Below, piece after piece: positions 48,331-57,961 of a stretch of 64,000 nt of DNA. How positions within the stretch are numbered: the first letter of the stretch is position 1; each line of letters starts with the position of its first letter. A model generated the notes under the pieces. It saw only the letters and a program-made list of their open reading frames with translations. It had not been told where the DNA came from and made no database searches. The translations under genes and the position numbers were made by a program. The DNA is taken from assembly GCA_963726255.1 (NCBI GenBank), contig CAVSBL010000002.1, positions 1,888,001-1,952,000 of the forward strand, read 5' to 3'. This DNA is from Candidatus Bathyarchaeota archaeon (GTDB lineage Archaea > Thermoproteota > Bathyarchaeia > 40CM-2-53-6).

Positions 48331-48915
48331 GTGGCCCGCATTGAGGTTCGTCTGATCTTGGCTAAGCTAGAACGGCCACGAGAACAGACGACCTCGGCTG
48401 AAATTTGGCAAGACCTACTAAAGAAAATCGTGAAGGCTTGTTCTTCAAAAGAAAAGCTTGGTATCGTCGGCGTTGGCCACCCTATGCGCGGCGACGATTA
48501 TGTTGGAAGCTATGCCGTGAAGGCCGTAATGGAAGCAACGGATGGAACGTTGCCGCAGGGCGCCTACCTATTTGACGCTGAAGATAACGTGGAAGCGCTT
48601 ATTTCGGGGATTGCCAGGCTCGGACTCAAACGTGTAGTATTCATCGATGCCTGCGAGATGGCGCGGCGGCCTGGGGAAGCAGCCCTGTTGCCTCTTGGGA
48701 AGACAAGCTATCCGTTCTTTACAACTCACGGCATCCCGCTGAAGGTTCTAGCAGAACGATTGTTCCCCGAGAGCGAGGTCTGGATTCTGGCAATCCAGCC
48801 GAGGCAGACGGAGTTCAATGATGCTCTTTCTCCAGAAATTCGGGAAACCGCGATGAACGTTTCAAAGTTCATCGCAACTAATTTGATAGAAGGAGGCTGC
48901 TCGATTGCTGGTTAG
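48331..48915 (+). CDS. hycI: Hydrogenase maturation endopeptidase (HycI-like)
   Basis: VGVGHPMRGDDYVG, VFIDA, TTHGIPL, LAIQP. Exact start uncertain. Confidence 0.85.
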   Translation: MARIEVRLILAKLERPREQTTSAEIWQDLLKKIVKACSSKEKLGIVGVGHPMRGDDYVGSYAVKAVMEATDGTLPQGAYLFDAEDNVEALISGIARLGLKRVVFIDACEMARRPGEAALLPLGKTSYPFFTTHGIPLKVLAERLFPESEVWILAIQPRQTEFNDALSPEIRETAMNVSKFIATNLIEGGCSIAG

Positions 48916-49252
48916 CTTTGACCTTGCCACTGTGATCTCGTCGGTCGTAATCTTCGTGCTGGTCTTCTACTTTGTGGCGGGAAGGCTTGGCAAGGTTAGT
49001 ATGGGCAGCGGTCCGAAGTATGACGCGTTTGCGGGGGGAGAAGAACTTCCACCCGAGCGTGGGAAATACAGCTCCGAGCTATTCGTCTACGCAGCGCTCT
49101 TTGTAGCATTCGAAGTAATCGGGTTACTTCTCGCTAGTTCGATTGCAGCTAGGGGATTTCTCTGGCCGCTTCTATTCACTTTGGCGGGGGATTTCTCCCT
49201 GTTCGTTATGATGCTTTGGTTCGTGGGAACTGGAGGCGCGGAGCTTGCTTGA
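48905..49252 (+). CDS. NuoA-like 3-TM subunit
   Basis: TM1, loop KYDAFAGGE, TM2 YAALFVAFEV, TM3. Confidence 0.75.
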   Translation: MLVSFDLATVISSVVIFVLVFYFVAGRLGKVSMGSGPKYDAFAGGEELPPERGKYSSELFVYAALFVAFEVIGLLLASSIAARGFLWPLLFTLAGDFSLFVMMLWFVGTGGAELA

Positions 49253-49667
49253 ACAAGTAGCAAAATGGGCGAGAAAGCGGTCCCCTTGGGTCTACCACAT
49301 AAACGCCTCCTCATGCAACGGCTGCGATATCGAGCTTGTCGCTAGCCTGACGCCACGCTACGACATTGAGAGGTTCGGAGCCGTCCTTGTACCGAGCCCT
49401 AGGCATGCCGACGTTCTCATGGTTACTGGAACAGTGAACGCTCAGACCAAGGACAGGTTGAAACGGGTCTACGAACAGATACCAGAACCGAAACATGTGA
49501 TTGCCATAGGAGCCTGCGCGGCTGCTGGCGGTGTATTCAAGGGCTGCTACAATGTTGGCCAGGGAGTTCAAGACGTCATACCTGTCGACATGTTCATCCC
49601 AGGTTGCCCACCGCGCCCTGAGGCAATTATGTACGGAGTGCTGAAGCTTTTGGGGGAAGTGAAATGA
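49245..49667 (+). CDS. Group 4 [NiFe]-hydrogenase small subunit (NuoB-like)
   Basis: SCNGCDIE, SPRHAD, GACA..GG, PGCPPRPE. Confidence 0.92.
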   Translation: MLEQVAKWARKRSPWVYHINASSCNGCDIELVASLTPRYDIERFGAVLVPSPRHADVLMVTGTVNAQTKDRLKRVYEQIPEPKHVIAIGACAAAGGVFKGCYNVGQGVQDVIPVDMFIPGCPPRPEAIMYGVLKLLGEVK

Positions 49668-50146
49668 GCGAAGTTTTGCTTCGGCAACTCAAGAATTACG
49701 CGGCGGACGCTAATGGCAAGTTCACCGTGCTGAGGGAGGGCGAGGTCACCGTCGAAATCGACCAGAAAAACGTCAAGGGTTTCATCTCCCGCCTTGTCAA
49801 CGACCTCCGCGTCCGCCACTTATCCACAATGACAGGCCTCGACCTAGGCCAGAATATTGGAATCATCTATCACTTCTCGAGGGACAAGGACATGATCGAC
49901 GTGAAAACATTCGTCCCGAATACGCAGCCAACTGCTGTCTCAATAGTGGACATTGTTCCAGGCGCAATACTCTACGAGATGGAAATTCATGACATGTTCG
50001 GCGCCAACTTCGAAGGCAACCCATGGATGGATAGAAAGCTGCTGCTCCCGGACACTTGGCCCGCGGACCTGCCACCGCCACTTCTGAAAAGCTCGAAACC
50101 TGATGAAATTCGAAAAAGGCTGCACCTGGAGGTTGAAAGAAAATGA
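49664..50146 (+). CDS. NuoC-like subunit
   Basis: HLSTMTGLD, SI..IVPGA.LYEMEIHDMFG..FEGNP...LLLPD.WP. Confidence 0.88.
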   Translation: MSEVLLRQLKNYAADANGKFTVLREGEVTVEIDQKNVKGFISRLVNDLRVRHLSTMTGLDLGQNIGIIYHFSRDKDMIDVKTFVPNTQPTAVSIVDIVPGAILYEMEIHDMFGANFEGNPWMDRKLLLPDTWPADLPPPLLKSSKPDEIRKRLHLEVERK

Positions 50147-51393
50147 GCGCTGAGGATCAATCGAAGCGAAGGGAAGAATCAGCGGGCCTGATGAAGTACT
50201 CCGCGGAGAACCTTGTTCCCTTCGGACCAATCCATCCCGCCCTAAAGGAGCCTGAATACTTCAAACTGATTCTCGAGGGGGAAAGAATCGTACAGGTCAT
50301 TCCGAGAATCGGATATGTTCACCGGGGCCTTGAGAAGGCAGCTGAAACTCGGCCTTGGGTACAGAACATGTACATGTTCGAGAGGACCTGTGGCATCTGT
50401 AGCTTCGTCCACAGCCTAGCCTACGGGCAAGCGGTAGAGGGCCTAACAATCTATGAGGTGCCGAGACGGGCCAAATACATCCGGCTAATCATCGCAGAGA
50501 TGGAAAGGATCCACAGCCACCTACTCTGGGTCGGGCTAATGGGGCACTGGGCTGGCTTCGAAACATTATTCATGTGGGTCTGGCGCGACCGCGAAGTTGT
50601 GCTCGACCTAGTGGAAGCGATTTCTGGCAACCGAGTTCACAAATCAATGAACGCCTTCGTAGGCGTTAGGCGCGACATGCCTGAAGGCATGGAAGATAGA
50701 ATTGTAGAGCGAATGAAATTCCTCGTGGACCGGGCGCGGTATTACAAGGAAATCATTGACACTGAGGAAACAATGCTTGAGCGGACAGAGAAGATCGGAA
50801 AGCTAAGCTCGGAGACTGCGGAGAAGCTTTGTGCTGTTGGGCCGATGGCCCGTTATGTGGGGCTGCAGAAGGACGTTCGGTTGAACGACCCCTACGCGGC
50901 CTACGATGAAGTACCCTTCGACATAATTATCAGAAACGAAGCCGATGTCCACGCACTCCTCCAACTCCGCTTGGATGAAATCGTAGCCTCAGCCAACATG
51001 ATCAGTTATGCCGTTCAGCATCTACCCGACGGCCCAATCAGGGTTAAGATTCCGCCGATAATTCCAGCGGGCGAGTATTCCACGCATTGCGAAGCCCCAA
51101 GGGGCGAGATTTTCTATTACGTCAAGTCTGGCGGCGGAAGAACCCCAGAACGCGTTAAGGTCAGGACTCCAACCTTAGCTAACCTGCCCACCGCCTTAGA
51201 GATTTTGAAGGGGCAGACCATCGCCGACGTACCAATAGTTCTCACGGCAATTGACCCTTGCTTCGGCTGCATGGACAGGATGTCTTTCTTGGACACTGAG
51301 ACGAACCGCCAGTGGACATGGTCTGGAGAGCAGCTGAGGCAGTACGGTATCAATTACTACTTCCCAGAGAGGGCGAAAAAGTGTCGGCCATAA
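50143..51393 (+). CDS. Group 4 [NiFe]-hydrogenase large subunit (NuoD-like)
   Basis: GPIHP.LKEP, GYVHRGLEK, L1 ERTCGICSFVH, EAPRGE, L2 DPCFGCMDR plus a cleavable C-terminal tail. Confidence 0.93.
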   Translation: MSAEDQSKRREESAGLMKYSAENLVPFGPIHPALKEPEYFKLILEGERIVQVIPRIGYVHRGLEKAAETRPWVQNMYMFERTCGICSFVHSLAYGQAVEGLTIYEVPRRAKYIRLIIAEMERIHSHLLWVGLMGHWAGFETLFMWVWRDREVVLDLVEAISGNRVHKSMNAFVGVRRDMPEGMEDRIVERMKFLVDRARYYKEIIDTEETMLERTEKIGKLSSETAEKLCAVGPMARYVGLQKDVRLNDPYAAYDEVPFDIIIRNEADVHALLQLRLDEIVASANMISYAVQHLPDGPIRVKIPPIIPAGEYSTHCEAPRGEIFYYVKSGGGRTPERVKVRTPTLANLPTALEILKGQTIADVPIVLTAIDPCFGCMDRMSFLDTETNRQWTWSGEQLRQYGINYYFPERAKKCRP

Positions 51394-52370
51394 CAATCTT
51401 GGAAGCCATAGTTTTCCCCGGCGTACTATTCACCATCATGATGGGATTTCTGTTTGACTGGCTTGATAGAAAAACTGCGGCCCGAATGCAAGGCCGAATA
51501 GGGCCGAAGATTACTGGCCCATCAGGAATACTTCAGCCGCTGGCCGATTTCCTGAAACTACTCTTCAAGGAGGAGATAATTCCTTCCCATGCAGACAAAG
51601 TGATCTTTCTATTCGCCCCAGCGCTCTACTTCCTTGCTCCTCTACTATCGATGCTTTTCATTCCGATAATCGGTTTGGTGCCTATTGCTGGTTTCGATTT
51701 CGATTTATTGGCCATACTCTTCCTCCTAGCCTTTGCAGCGTTCGTAGTTGCAGTTCTCAGCTACTCCTCCGCTAGCAGCTTCACGACCATAGCTACGGGG
51801 AGGCTGGTCTTGCAGTACGTTAGCTACGAAATCCCGTTAGTCCTCGCAATAATCACATCAGCAATCTACTCGCGAAGCCTCTCCGTGGAGGGAATCGTTG
51901 CATCCCAAACTAGGGTCTGGAACGTTTTCGTAATGCCGTTCGCCTTCGCAGTTTACATTATCGCCCTCATGGCAGAACTAGAGAAACCCCCCTTCGATAT
52001 CCCCAGCGCCAAAACAGAAATTGTGGCCGGCTGGCTCACAGAATTCTCCGGCCGCGCATTAGCCTTTCTTAAACTCACAAAAGAAGTGGGTTATGTCTTC
52101 GGTTCAGCGCTGGCAGTCTCACTCTTCCTCGGCGGACCCCTTGGCCCACAGCTTGGCGCAACTGTCCCGGGCTGGGCCCAGTACTTCATCTATTTCATAA
52201 TCAAAGTTCTAGCCGTTGGCTTCCTGATATTCGTGCTGAAAACTGCGCTCGCCCGCATAAAAATAGGGCAAGCAACCGAACTGTTCTGGAAGGTACTGAC
52301 ACCCGTCAGCTTGGGGCAGCTTGCACTAGTCCTAGTGATAATTCAGGGAGGAGTCTTTCTTGCCGCGTAG
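51381..52370 (+). CDS. NuoH-like membrane subunit
   Basis: GTG 51381; DRK..ARMQGRIGP, QPLADFLKL..KE, SYEIP, PFDIP.A..EIVAG..TEFSG. Confidence 0.9.
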   Translation: MSAITILEAIVFPGVLFTIMMGFLFDWLDRKTAARMQGRIGPKITGPSGILQPLADFLKLLFKEEIIPSHADKVIFLFAPALYFLAPLLSMLFIPIIGLVPIAGFDFDLLAILFLLAFAAFVVAVLSYSSASSFTTIATGRLVLQYVSYEIPLVLAIITSAIYSRSLSVEGIVASQTRVWNVFVMPFAFAVYIIALMAELEKPPFDIPSAKTEIVAGWLTEFSGRALAFLKLTKEVGYVFGSALAVSLFLGGPLGPQLGATVPGWAQYFIYFIIKVLAVGFLIFVLKTALARIKIGQATELFWKVLTPVSLGQLALVLVIIQGGVFLAA

Positions 52371-52749
52371 AAGAGCGGGCGCGGCCATCCCCGAAATGTT
52401 CCGCACGTTAATCGAGAAACCCAGCACGCAATTCTACCCATACCAGAAGGTGGACTTACCGCAACGGTTCCGTGGGAAATTAGACATTGACCCAGAGAAA
52501 TGCACCGGTTGCCAGGTCTGCGCAATGGTCTGCCCTGCCAGCGTCATAACGATGGTTGATTTTGGGACTCGCAAGGTCGGCGATCGCGTATTGCCCGTCA
52601 AACGGCCAGTCTTCGAGTTAGCTACGTGCATTTTCTGCGGTGAATGCGTCGACAATTGCGCGTTCAATGCGCTTGAGATGACGAAACAGTTCGAGTTAGC
52701 TACACCACACAAAGAAGACTTGGTGATGAGGAAGGCTCTTGTAAAATGA
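52360..52749 (+). CDS. NuoI-like 2[4Fe-4S] subunit
   Basis: CTGCQVCAMVCP and CIFCGECVDNCA. Confidence 0.92.
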   Translation: MPRRRAGAAIPEMFRTLIEKPSTQFYPYQKVDLPQRFRGKLDIDPEKCTGCQVCAMVCPASVITMVDFGTRKVGDRVLPVKRPVFELATCIFCGECVDNCAFNALEMTKQFELATPHKEDLVMRKALVK

Positions 52750-53264
52750 GCTTCGAAATTTCCCTAATCCTGGGAGCAATGCTAGTCGGCGCCACCATCG
52801 TAGCCTTGATGGTACGCAAACTCGTTTGGTCTCTAATCATGCTCTTCTACTCTAGCATAATCTTCGGCGTGTTACTGATTAGTTATGGCGCAACTTTCGC
52901 GGGCTTATTCCACATCATAACCTTCGCCGGCGCGGTATCCGTGCTCTTCATGGTCATACTAATGATCGTCGGCGGCCAAGCCTTCAGCTACACGGATAAG
53001 CTCAGCAAAGAAAACTATACTGGAATGATTATTGCGATTCTCGCCGCGATCCCCCTCGTTGTCTTGGTCTCAAACTTTGAGCCATTCGCCGTCAGAGTGC
53101 AGGAACAAACCCAACTTGTAGGGTTGGCAAGCCAAGCGGGCGACCCGCTCGCGTTTCTGTGGGCCCTACGGTCTTGGGATCTACTGCTGGTTGTCATACT
53201 AGTAGCCGCCGCTATGCTTGGTGTGATGAACTTGTTCTCAAGGGAAGGGGGCCCTGAAAAATGA
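52746..53264 (+). CDS. NuoJ-like subunit
   Basis: Five TM; GATFAGLFHIITFAGAVSVLF. Confidence 0.8.
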   Translation: MSFEISLILGAMLVGATIVALMVRKLVWSLIMLFYSSIIFGVLLISYGATFAGLFHIITFAGAVSVLFMVILMIVGGQAFSYTDKLSKENYTGMIIAILAAIPLVVLVSNFEPFAVRVQEQTQLVGLASQAGDPLAFLWALRSWDLLLVVILVAAAMLGVMNLFSREGGPEK

Positions 53265-53569
53265 ACGAGCAACAGCTCTTGCAGGTCTTCGCGGCCCTAC
53301 TGTTCGTTTCAGGTTTCGGGACAATCGCCGCTGCAAAGAACCTTGTCAAGGCGATTATGGGGTTCCAAGTGATGATTTGGGGCGTCAACCTCGCACTCTT
53401 CGCCGGAGGCCTAATCAACAACGAAGTCACGCTTTTCGCGACGTCGCTCGTCGTTCTCTCCATTTCCATCGGTGCAAGCGTTGAAGCGCTCGCCCTCTCC
53501 CTCGTGATTCTGACATTTCGAAGGTACGGTACCCTCAACCCATGGGAGATTAGGAGGCTCGCCCATTGA
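53261..53569 (+). CDS. NuoK-like subunit
   Basis: Three TM; KNLVKAIMG, ASVEALAL, FRRYGT. Confidence 0.82.
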   Translation: MNEQQLLQVFAALLFVSGFGTIAAAKNLVKAIMGFQVMIWGVNLALFAGGLINNEVTLFATSLVVLSISIGASVEALALSLVILTFRRYGTLNPWEIRRLAH

Positions 53570-55332
53570 CCACATTCTACGCGGAATGGCTCGTTTGGGC
53601 CCTGCCCTTCATCGCCATACCCTTCACCCTCGCCCTATCCCGCTGGCCAAAGGTAAGGAACTGGTTTGCCGCAACCATAACTGGGCTCGCTTTCCTCTTA
53701 GCCATTGACCTGCTGCTCGAGGTCCAGAGTGGCCGGATTATCGATTCGTCGATTTCGTGGCTGTCAGTTTACGGTTTCCAAGTGAAGGTGCACGTAGACG
53801 GCTTAGCGGCCTTCTTGGCGGTGGTGGTGAACTCGCTTGGTTTCCTCATCGTGGTCTATTCACAGGGTTACATCGGCCATGAGAAAGGCCTGCCCAGGTA
53901 CTATTCACTCGTCCAACTCTTCATCGGCGCTATGACTGGGCTCGTCCTTGCTGGAAACTTTCTCCAGCTCTACATATTCTGGGAAATAGTAGGCATCTGC
54001 TCCGCGTTCCTGATAGCCTTCTGGTATGACCGGCCTGAAGCAGTCCGTGCGGGACTGAAGGCTTTCCTCGTCACAAGGGTTGGGGACGCAGCGTTACTGG
54101 TCGGGTTTCTTTGGCTCTACGTCACAAGCGGCACCGTGGATTTCCAGAAACTAGGTACGCTCGCATCTCAGGGGTTAATTCCTGCAACGGTCCTTGCAGC
54201 CGCAGGACTCCTAATCCTAGTCGGTGCAATGGGGAAGTCGGCGCAAGTCCCGCTCCACGTTTGGCTACCAGACGCAATGGAAGGGCCGACGACCGTTAGC
54301 GCCCTAATCCATGCTGCAACAATGGTTAACGCCGGCGTATACCTAGTCGCCCGAACCTACACAATCTTCTCCTACAGCCAGACTTGGCTGTCCGCGGTTG
54401 GTTGGGTGGGCATAATCTCAGCCTTGTTAGCGGCAAGCATCGCCACCGTCACCATGGACATAAAACGAGTCCTAGCATACTCCACAATCAGCCAACTCGG
54501 GATGATGTTCGCGGCACTTGGAACGGGAACAGCGGGCGGATGGTTCGCGTCCCAGTTCCACCTCATGAGTCAAGGCTTCTTCAAAGCCCTGGGATTCTTG
54601 GCTGCAGGTTCTATCATCCACGTTCTGGGAACCCGGAATATGGATGAGATGGGCGGGTTGCGGAAGCGCATGCCGATCACGTTCATCGCATTCCTCTTCT
54701 CAACGCTTGCGCTGGCGGGTGTTCCCCCGTTCGTTGGTTTCTGGAGCAAAGACCTCATCATAACCGAACTATCCCTAGCCGGCCAAAACGTCCAAGCCAT
54801 GCTAATTCTTGTTGTCTCGATGCTCACATCCTTCTACATGTTCCGCGCGCTCTTCAAAGTCTTCTTCGGGCCCGAGAGCAAGATGGCGCAAGAGAAGGAT
54901 ACCCATGAGTCACCGAAGGTCATGACGATACCGCTCCTAATCCTAAGCGCTTGCGTACTCGGGTTGGGCTTTATAGAAAGCCCAGCCGCGAACCTACTTG
55001 GAATAACAGAGAACCTTACCTTCGAGCTGCCAATTATCGGCGCTTCCCTCATTGCGATTCTGATCGGGCTAACGCCCACGTACTTTGCGTTCTACCTGCA
55101 CAAACCTGACCCGCAGACATTTCTCGAACACCACCCCGGCCTTGGTGGCTTCAGGCGGGTTATGCTTGCTGGGTATGGGTTTGACGCACTCTACCTCGCA
55201 GTGTTCGTTCGACCCCTCTCCAAGATCTCGAGTGCGGTGAGAGAGTTTCAGACCGGAATTCTAGGGAAGAACCTCTGGCCTATGCTTGCAGTTTTGGCGA
55301 TTCTCGTGCTATGGATGGTGCTGTACCTATGA
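53566..55332 (+). CDS. NuoL/MrpA-like antiporter subunit
   Basis: FWEIVG, KAFLVTRVGD, GKSAQVPLHVWLPDAMEGPTTVSALIHAATMV, KRVLAYSTISQLG, SKD, HESP. Confidence 0.92.
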   Translation: MTTFYAEWLVWALPFIAIPFTLALSRWPKVRNWFAATITGLAFLLAIDLLLEVQSGRIIDSSISWLSVYGFQVKVHVDGLAAFLAVVVNSLGFLIVVYSQGYIGHEKGLPRYYSLVQLFIGAMTGLVLAGNFLQLYIFWEIVGICSAFLIAFWYDRPEAVRAGLKAFLVTRVGDAALLVGFLWLYVTSGTVDFQKLGTLASQGLIPATVLAAAGLLILVGAMGKSAQVPLHVWLPDAMEGPTTVSALIHAATMVNAGVYLVARTYTIFSYSQTWLSAVGWVGIISALLAASIATVTMDIKRVLAYSTISQLGMMFAALGTGTAGGWFASQFHLMSQGFFKALGFLAAGSIIHVLGTRNMDEMGGLRKRMPITFIAFLFSTLALAGVPPFVGFWSKDLIITELSLAGQNVQAMLILVVSMLTSFYMFRALFKVFFGPESKMAQEKDTHESPKVMTIPLLILSACVLGLGFIESPAANLLGITENLTFELPIIGASLIAILIGLTPTYFAFYLHKPDPQTFLEHHPGLGGFRRVMLAGYGFDALYLAVFVRPLSKISSAVREFQTGILGKNLWPMLAVLAILVLWMVLYL

Positions 55333-56834
55333 ACGATTGGCTCACGCTATTCGCAACTTTCGCCCCAGGCTTCTTAGGCGCATTCGCCATACTCATCCTC
55401 GACCTCATATTCAAGAGAAGAACAACGCACCGCTCTGCTCTTAGCGGGGTGATAGGCCTCGCAGCTTTCGCTCTGATCGGCTACAGCAACTGGCAACAGG
55501 CCGCGACTGTGCTGGCGACTGGTAACCCCATTGTAATTCGCCTCGAACCCAGCCTGCTAGCTACAACCTTCACGATAACGCAGTTAGGCGTTTACATTTC
55601 CACAATCGCACTTCTACTCTGCGTTCTGATCAGCGTGTACTCGATCGCATACCTCTCTAAGGAGGGGAGTTGCGCGCTCTTCCAATCCCTGATCCTCCTA
55701 CTCTACCTGAGCATATACGCCGTCACAGTCTCCGGCGACCTGCTCACCTTCTTCATTGGCTGGGAGGGTATGAGCGTCGCCGCCTACGGCCTAGTTGCCT
55801 TCTACAAGCACAGCTGGGAAGCCATCGAAGCGACCGTAAAATACCTCCTAATGAGCGGAATCGGAAGCCTCACCGCACTCTACGGCATCGCCCTGATCTA
55901 CGGCCTAACGGGAACGTTGAACATTGAGAATTATGTGAAAGGTTTCGCCAACATAACCCCCATTGGAACGTTGGCGATTCTCCTGATCTTCGTAGGGTTT
56001 GGTGTCGAAGCCGCGATTGCACCGCTACACATGTGGTTGCCTGACGCCCATCCCGCCGCCCCAAGCCCAATGAGCGCGCTCCTGTCTGGAATCATCATCG
56101 AGGTGGGTAGCTTCGCCTTCATACGCCTACTCGGCGGAATCCTAACCCTCCCAGCTTACGTGATTCTGGCTCAGCCAATGCTTGCAGCCGCGGCGGTAGC
56201 TACTATGTTCGTGGGCAACTTGTCTGCGTTACAGCAGGATGATTTGAAACGGCTATTAGCCTATTCGAGCATCGCGCAAGTCGGTTACATACTCCTCGGA
56301 ATCGCCACGCTTACACCGCAAGGTTTCGCGGCGAGCATTTTCCACATCTGGAACCATGCACTCCTGAAGGGGATGTTGTTCCTCCTCGCAGGAATCGTCA
56401 CTTTCCAGATTGGCACAAGAAGCCTAACTGAAATGGCAGGCTTAGGAAGGAAGAGCCCAATCCTCGCGGCCATGTTCGGGCTCAGCGCTTTAGCCATGAC
56501 CGGCGTCCCACCCTTCGGCTTGTTCTGGAGTGAACTGTTGATAGTTCTCTCAAGCCTGGCCGCGGGGTCGATTATCCTTGACGCGGCGGTTGTGATGATG
56601 CTGCTCAACCTACTAATCTCCATAGCGTACTATTTCCGTGTCATACGGGTTGTCGCCTTCGCACAACCAAGCAGCCACCTTAACGGAAACGGCGCGGTGA
56701 AGATACCGAAACTCCTACTGATTCCATGCATCATCCTAATCGCCTTAAGTTTGATTACAGGGCTCTACCCGAACGTTTTCTACCAGCCAGCAGCAAATGC
56801 GGTTAACGGCATACTGGCCGGATTCTCATGGTGA
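55329..56834 (+). CDS. NuoM/N/MrpD-like antiporter subunit
   Basis: ATG 55329 (ATGA overlap); WEGMS, EATVKY, PLHMWLPDAHPAAPSP.SA.LSG, DLKRLLAYSS, NHALLK. Confidence 0.9.
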   Translation: MNDWLTLFATFAPGFLGAFAILILDLIFKRRTTHRSALSGVIGLAAFALIGYSNWQQAATVLATGNPIVIRLEPSLLATTFTITQLGVYISTIALLLCVLISVYSIAYLSKEGSCALFQSLILLLYLSIYAVTVSGDLLTFFIGWEGMSVAAYGLVAFYKHSWEAIEATVKYLLMSGIGSLTALYGIALIYGLTGTLNIENYVKGFANITPIGTLAILLIFVGFGVEAAIAPLHMWLPDAHPAAPSPMSALLSGIIIEVGSFAFIRLLGGILTLPAYVILAQPMLAAAAVATMFVGNLSALQQDDLKRLLAYSSIAQVGYILLGIATLTPQGFAASIFHIWNHALLKGMLFLLAGIVTFQIGTRSLTEMAGLGRKSPILAAMFGLSALAMTGVPPFGLFWSELLIVLSSLAAGSIILDAAVVMMLLNLLISIAYYFRVIRVVAFAQPSSHLNGNGAVKIPKLLLIPCIILIALSLITGLYPNVFYQPAANAVNGILAGFSW

Positions 56835-56840
56835 CCTAAA

Positions 56841-57194
56841 ATGAGTGAAAATGTGAGTGAAGGAGGAAGAGAGCGAATAATCAAAGACGTAGAAACTCTT
56901 GACCAGGCAGTCAAAGCCGAGAAGGATGTTGAGTCCGGCTACCATGGCGTCATAGACGAAAACATCTCCTACTGGTTAGCCGTAGAAGAAGACATCGTTG
57001 AAAGCTACATGAAGCTGGCCAAGAAAAGCAGAAACAGGAAAACCAAGACCACCCTCAACAAAATCATAGCCGACTCTAAAAACCACATCCGAATGCTCAC
57101 ATCGATACGTAAAGCCTTCAACAAGATCATGGCAGACGAACACCGCCACGCAGCAATGCTCCAAGAATTAGCCGACAAATCCCACAAGAAATAA
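56841..57194 (+). CDS. Ferritin-like helical protein
   Basis: All-helical, E...ExxH-like motifs (AVEED...DSKNH, DEHRH); 6 nt after the hydrogenase operon. Confidence 0.65.
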   Translation: MSENVSEGGRERIIKDVETLDQAVKAEKDVESGYHGVIDENISYWLAVEEDIVESYMKLAKKSRNRKTKTTLNKIIADSKNHIRMLTSIRKAFNKIMADEHRHAAMLQELADKSHKK

Positions 57195-57251
57195 GCTACT
57201 GCATCGCCTTACTTGCTGTAGCAACAACGCTCTACGGCTTCCTGTGGTGTA

Positions 57252-57857
57252 TCATGATTTCTCTCTATTTAGTAGCATGTTGATTATCCTGAAAGTTAAC
57301 CCCCATATCACGTTCCCATCGTAAACGTAAGCTTCGACATCCAGTTTGCCTTCCTCAACTCCTACCTCGGATCTGCTGACAGTGATTCCATTCAGAGTAC
57401 TTAGGGGTACCCAGAAACTCTCCGCTACTTCATCGTTCGATTGAACGGCAACATCAGTCTTCAGTTGGAAAACGTAAGAGGCGACTGGGACTTGGCGAGT
57501 GCGGGAAAACATTACTGGAAGTTGACCGAGAAGCTCATGCTCCTGCAGGTCGATGCCAACTTCTTCCCGCGCTTCTCTGATGGCTGTTGCTAGGAGGTCT
57601 CGGTCGGCATGGTCCTTGTGGCCTCCGGGGAAGGCCACCTGCCCCGACCAAGGGTCACCCACACGTTCCGTCCTCCTGATTAGAAGAATGGAGCCTCCCC
57701 GATCGTTCGGATTGATGATAATTGCGACCGCCGCCACCGGTTCGCCCTGATCTGATTCAGAGGCGGATGGTTCCCTTCGAAGACGCTTCTTGAGAGACTC
57801 AAGGTCAACGGTACCTGTCAAAGCAGCCACCTGGTCAGGCCGCACTAAAGTGCGCAT
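57252..57857 (-). CDS. Nudix CoA pyrophosphatase
   Basis: AAVA, DPWSGQVAFPGG, TAIREAREEVG, IWGLT. Confidence 0.9.
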   Translation of the reverse strand: MRTLVRPDQVAALTGTVDLESLKKRLRREPSASESDQGEPVAAVAIIINPNDRGGSILLIRRTERVGDPWSGQVAFPGGHKDHADRDLLATAIREAREEVGIDLQEHELLGQLPVMFSRTRQVPVASYVFQLKTDVAVQSNDEVAESFWVPLSTLNGITVSRSEVGVEEGKLDVEAYVYDGNVIWGLTFRIINMLLNREKS

Positions 57858-57961
57858 TCTATTTGAACGGTCCCTCTCAGAGCATCAGTAATCGAACCGC
57901 CCTTTTGGATGCGTCCCTTTTATCCGAAAGCGTCGTAATCTTGCCAAAGAGGACGGGGACT

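Noticed and set aside
48905-56834. NADH dehydrogenase/Fpo or Mbs annotation
   Set aside because: Both Ni-binding CxxC motifs and a maturation protease are present; no NuoEFG/FpoF.
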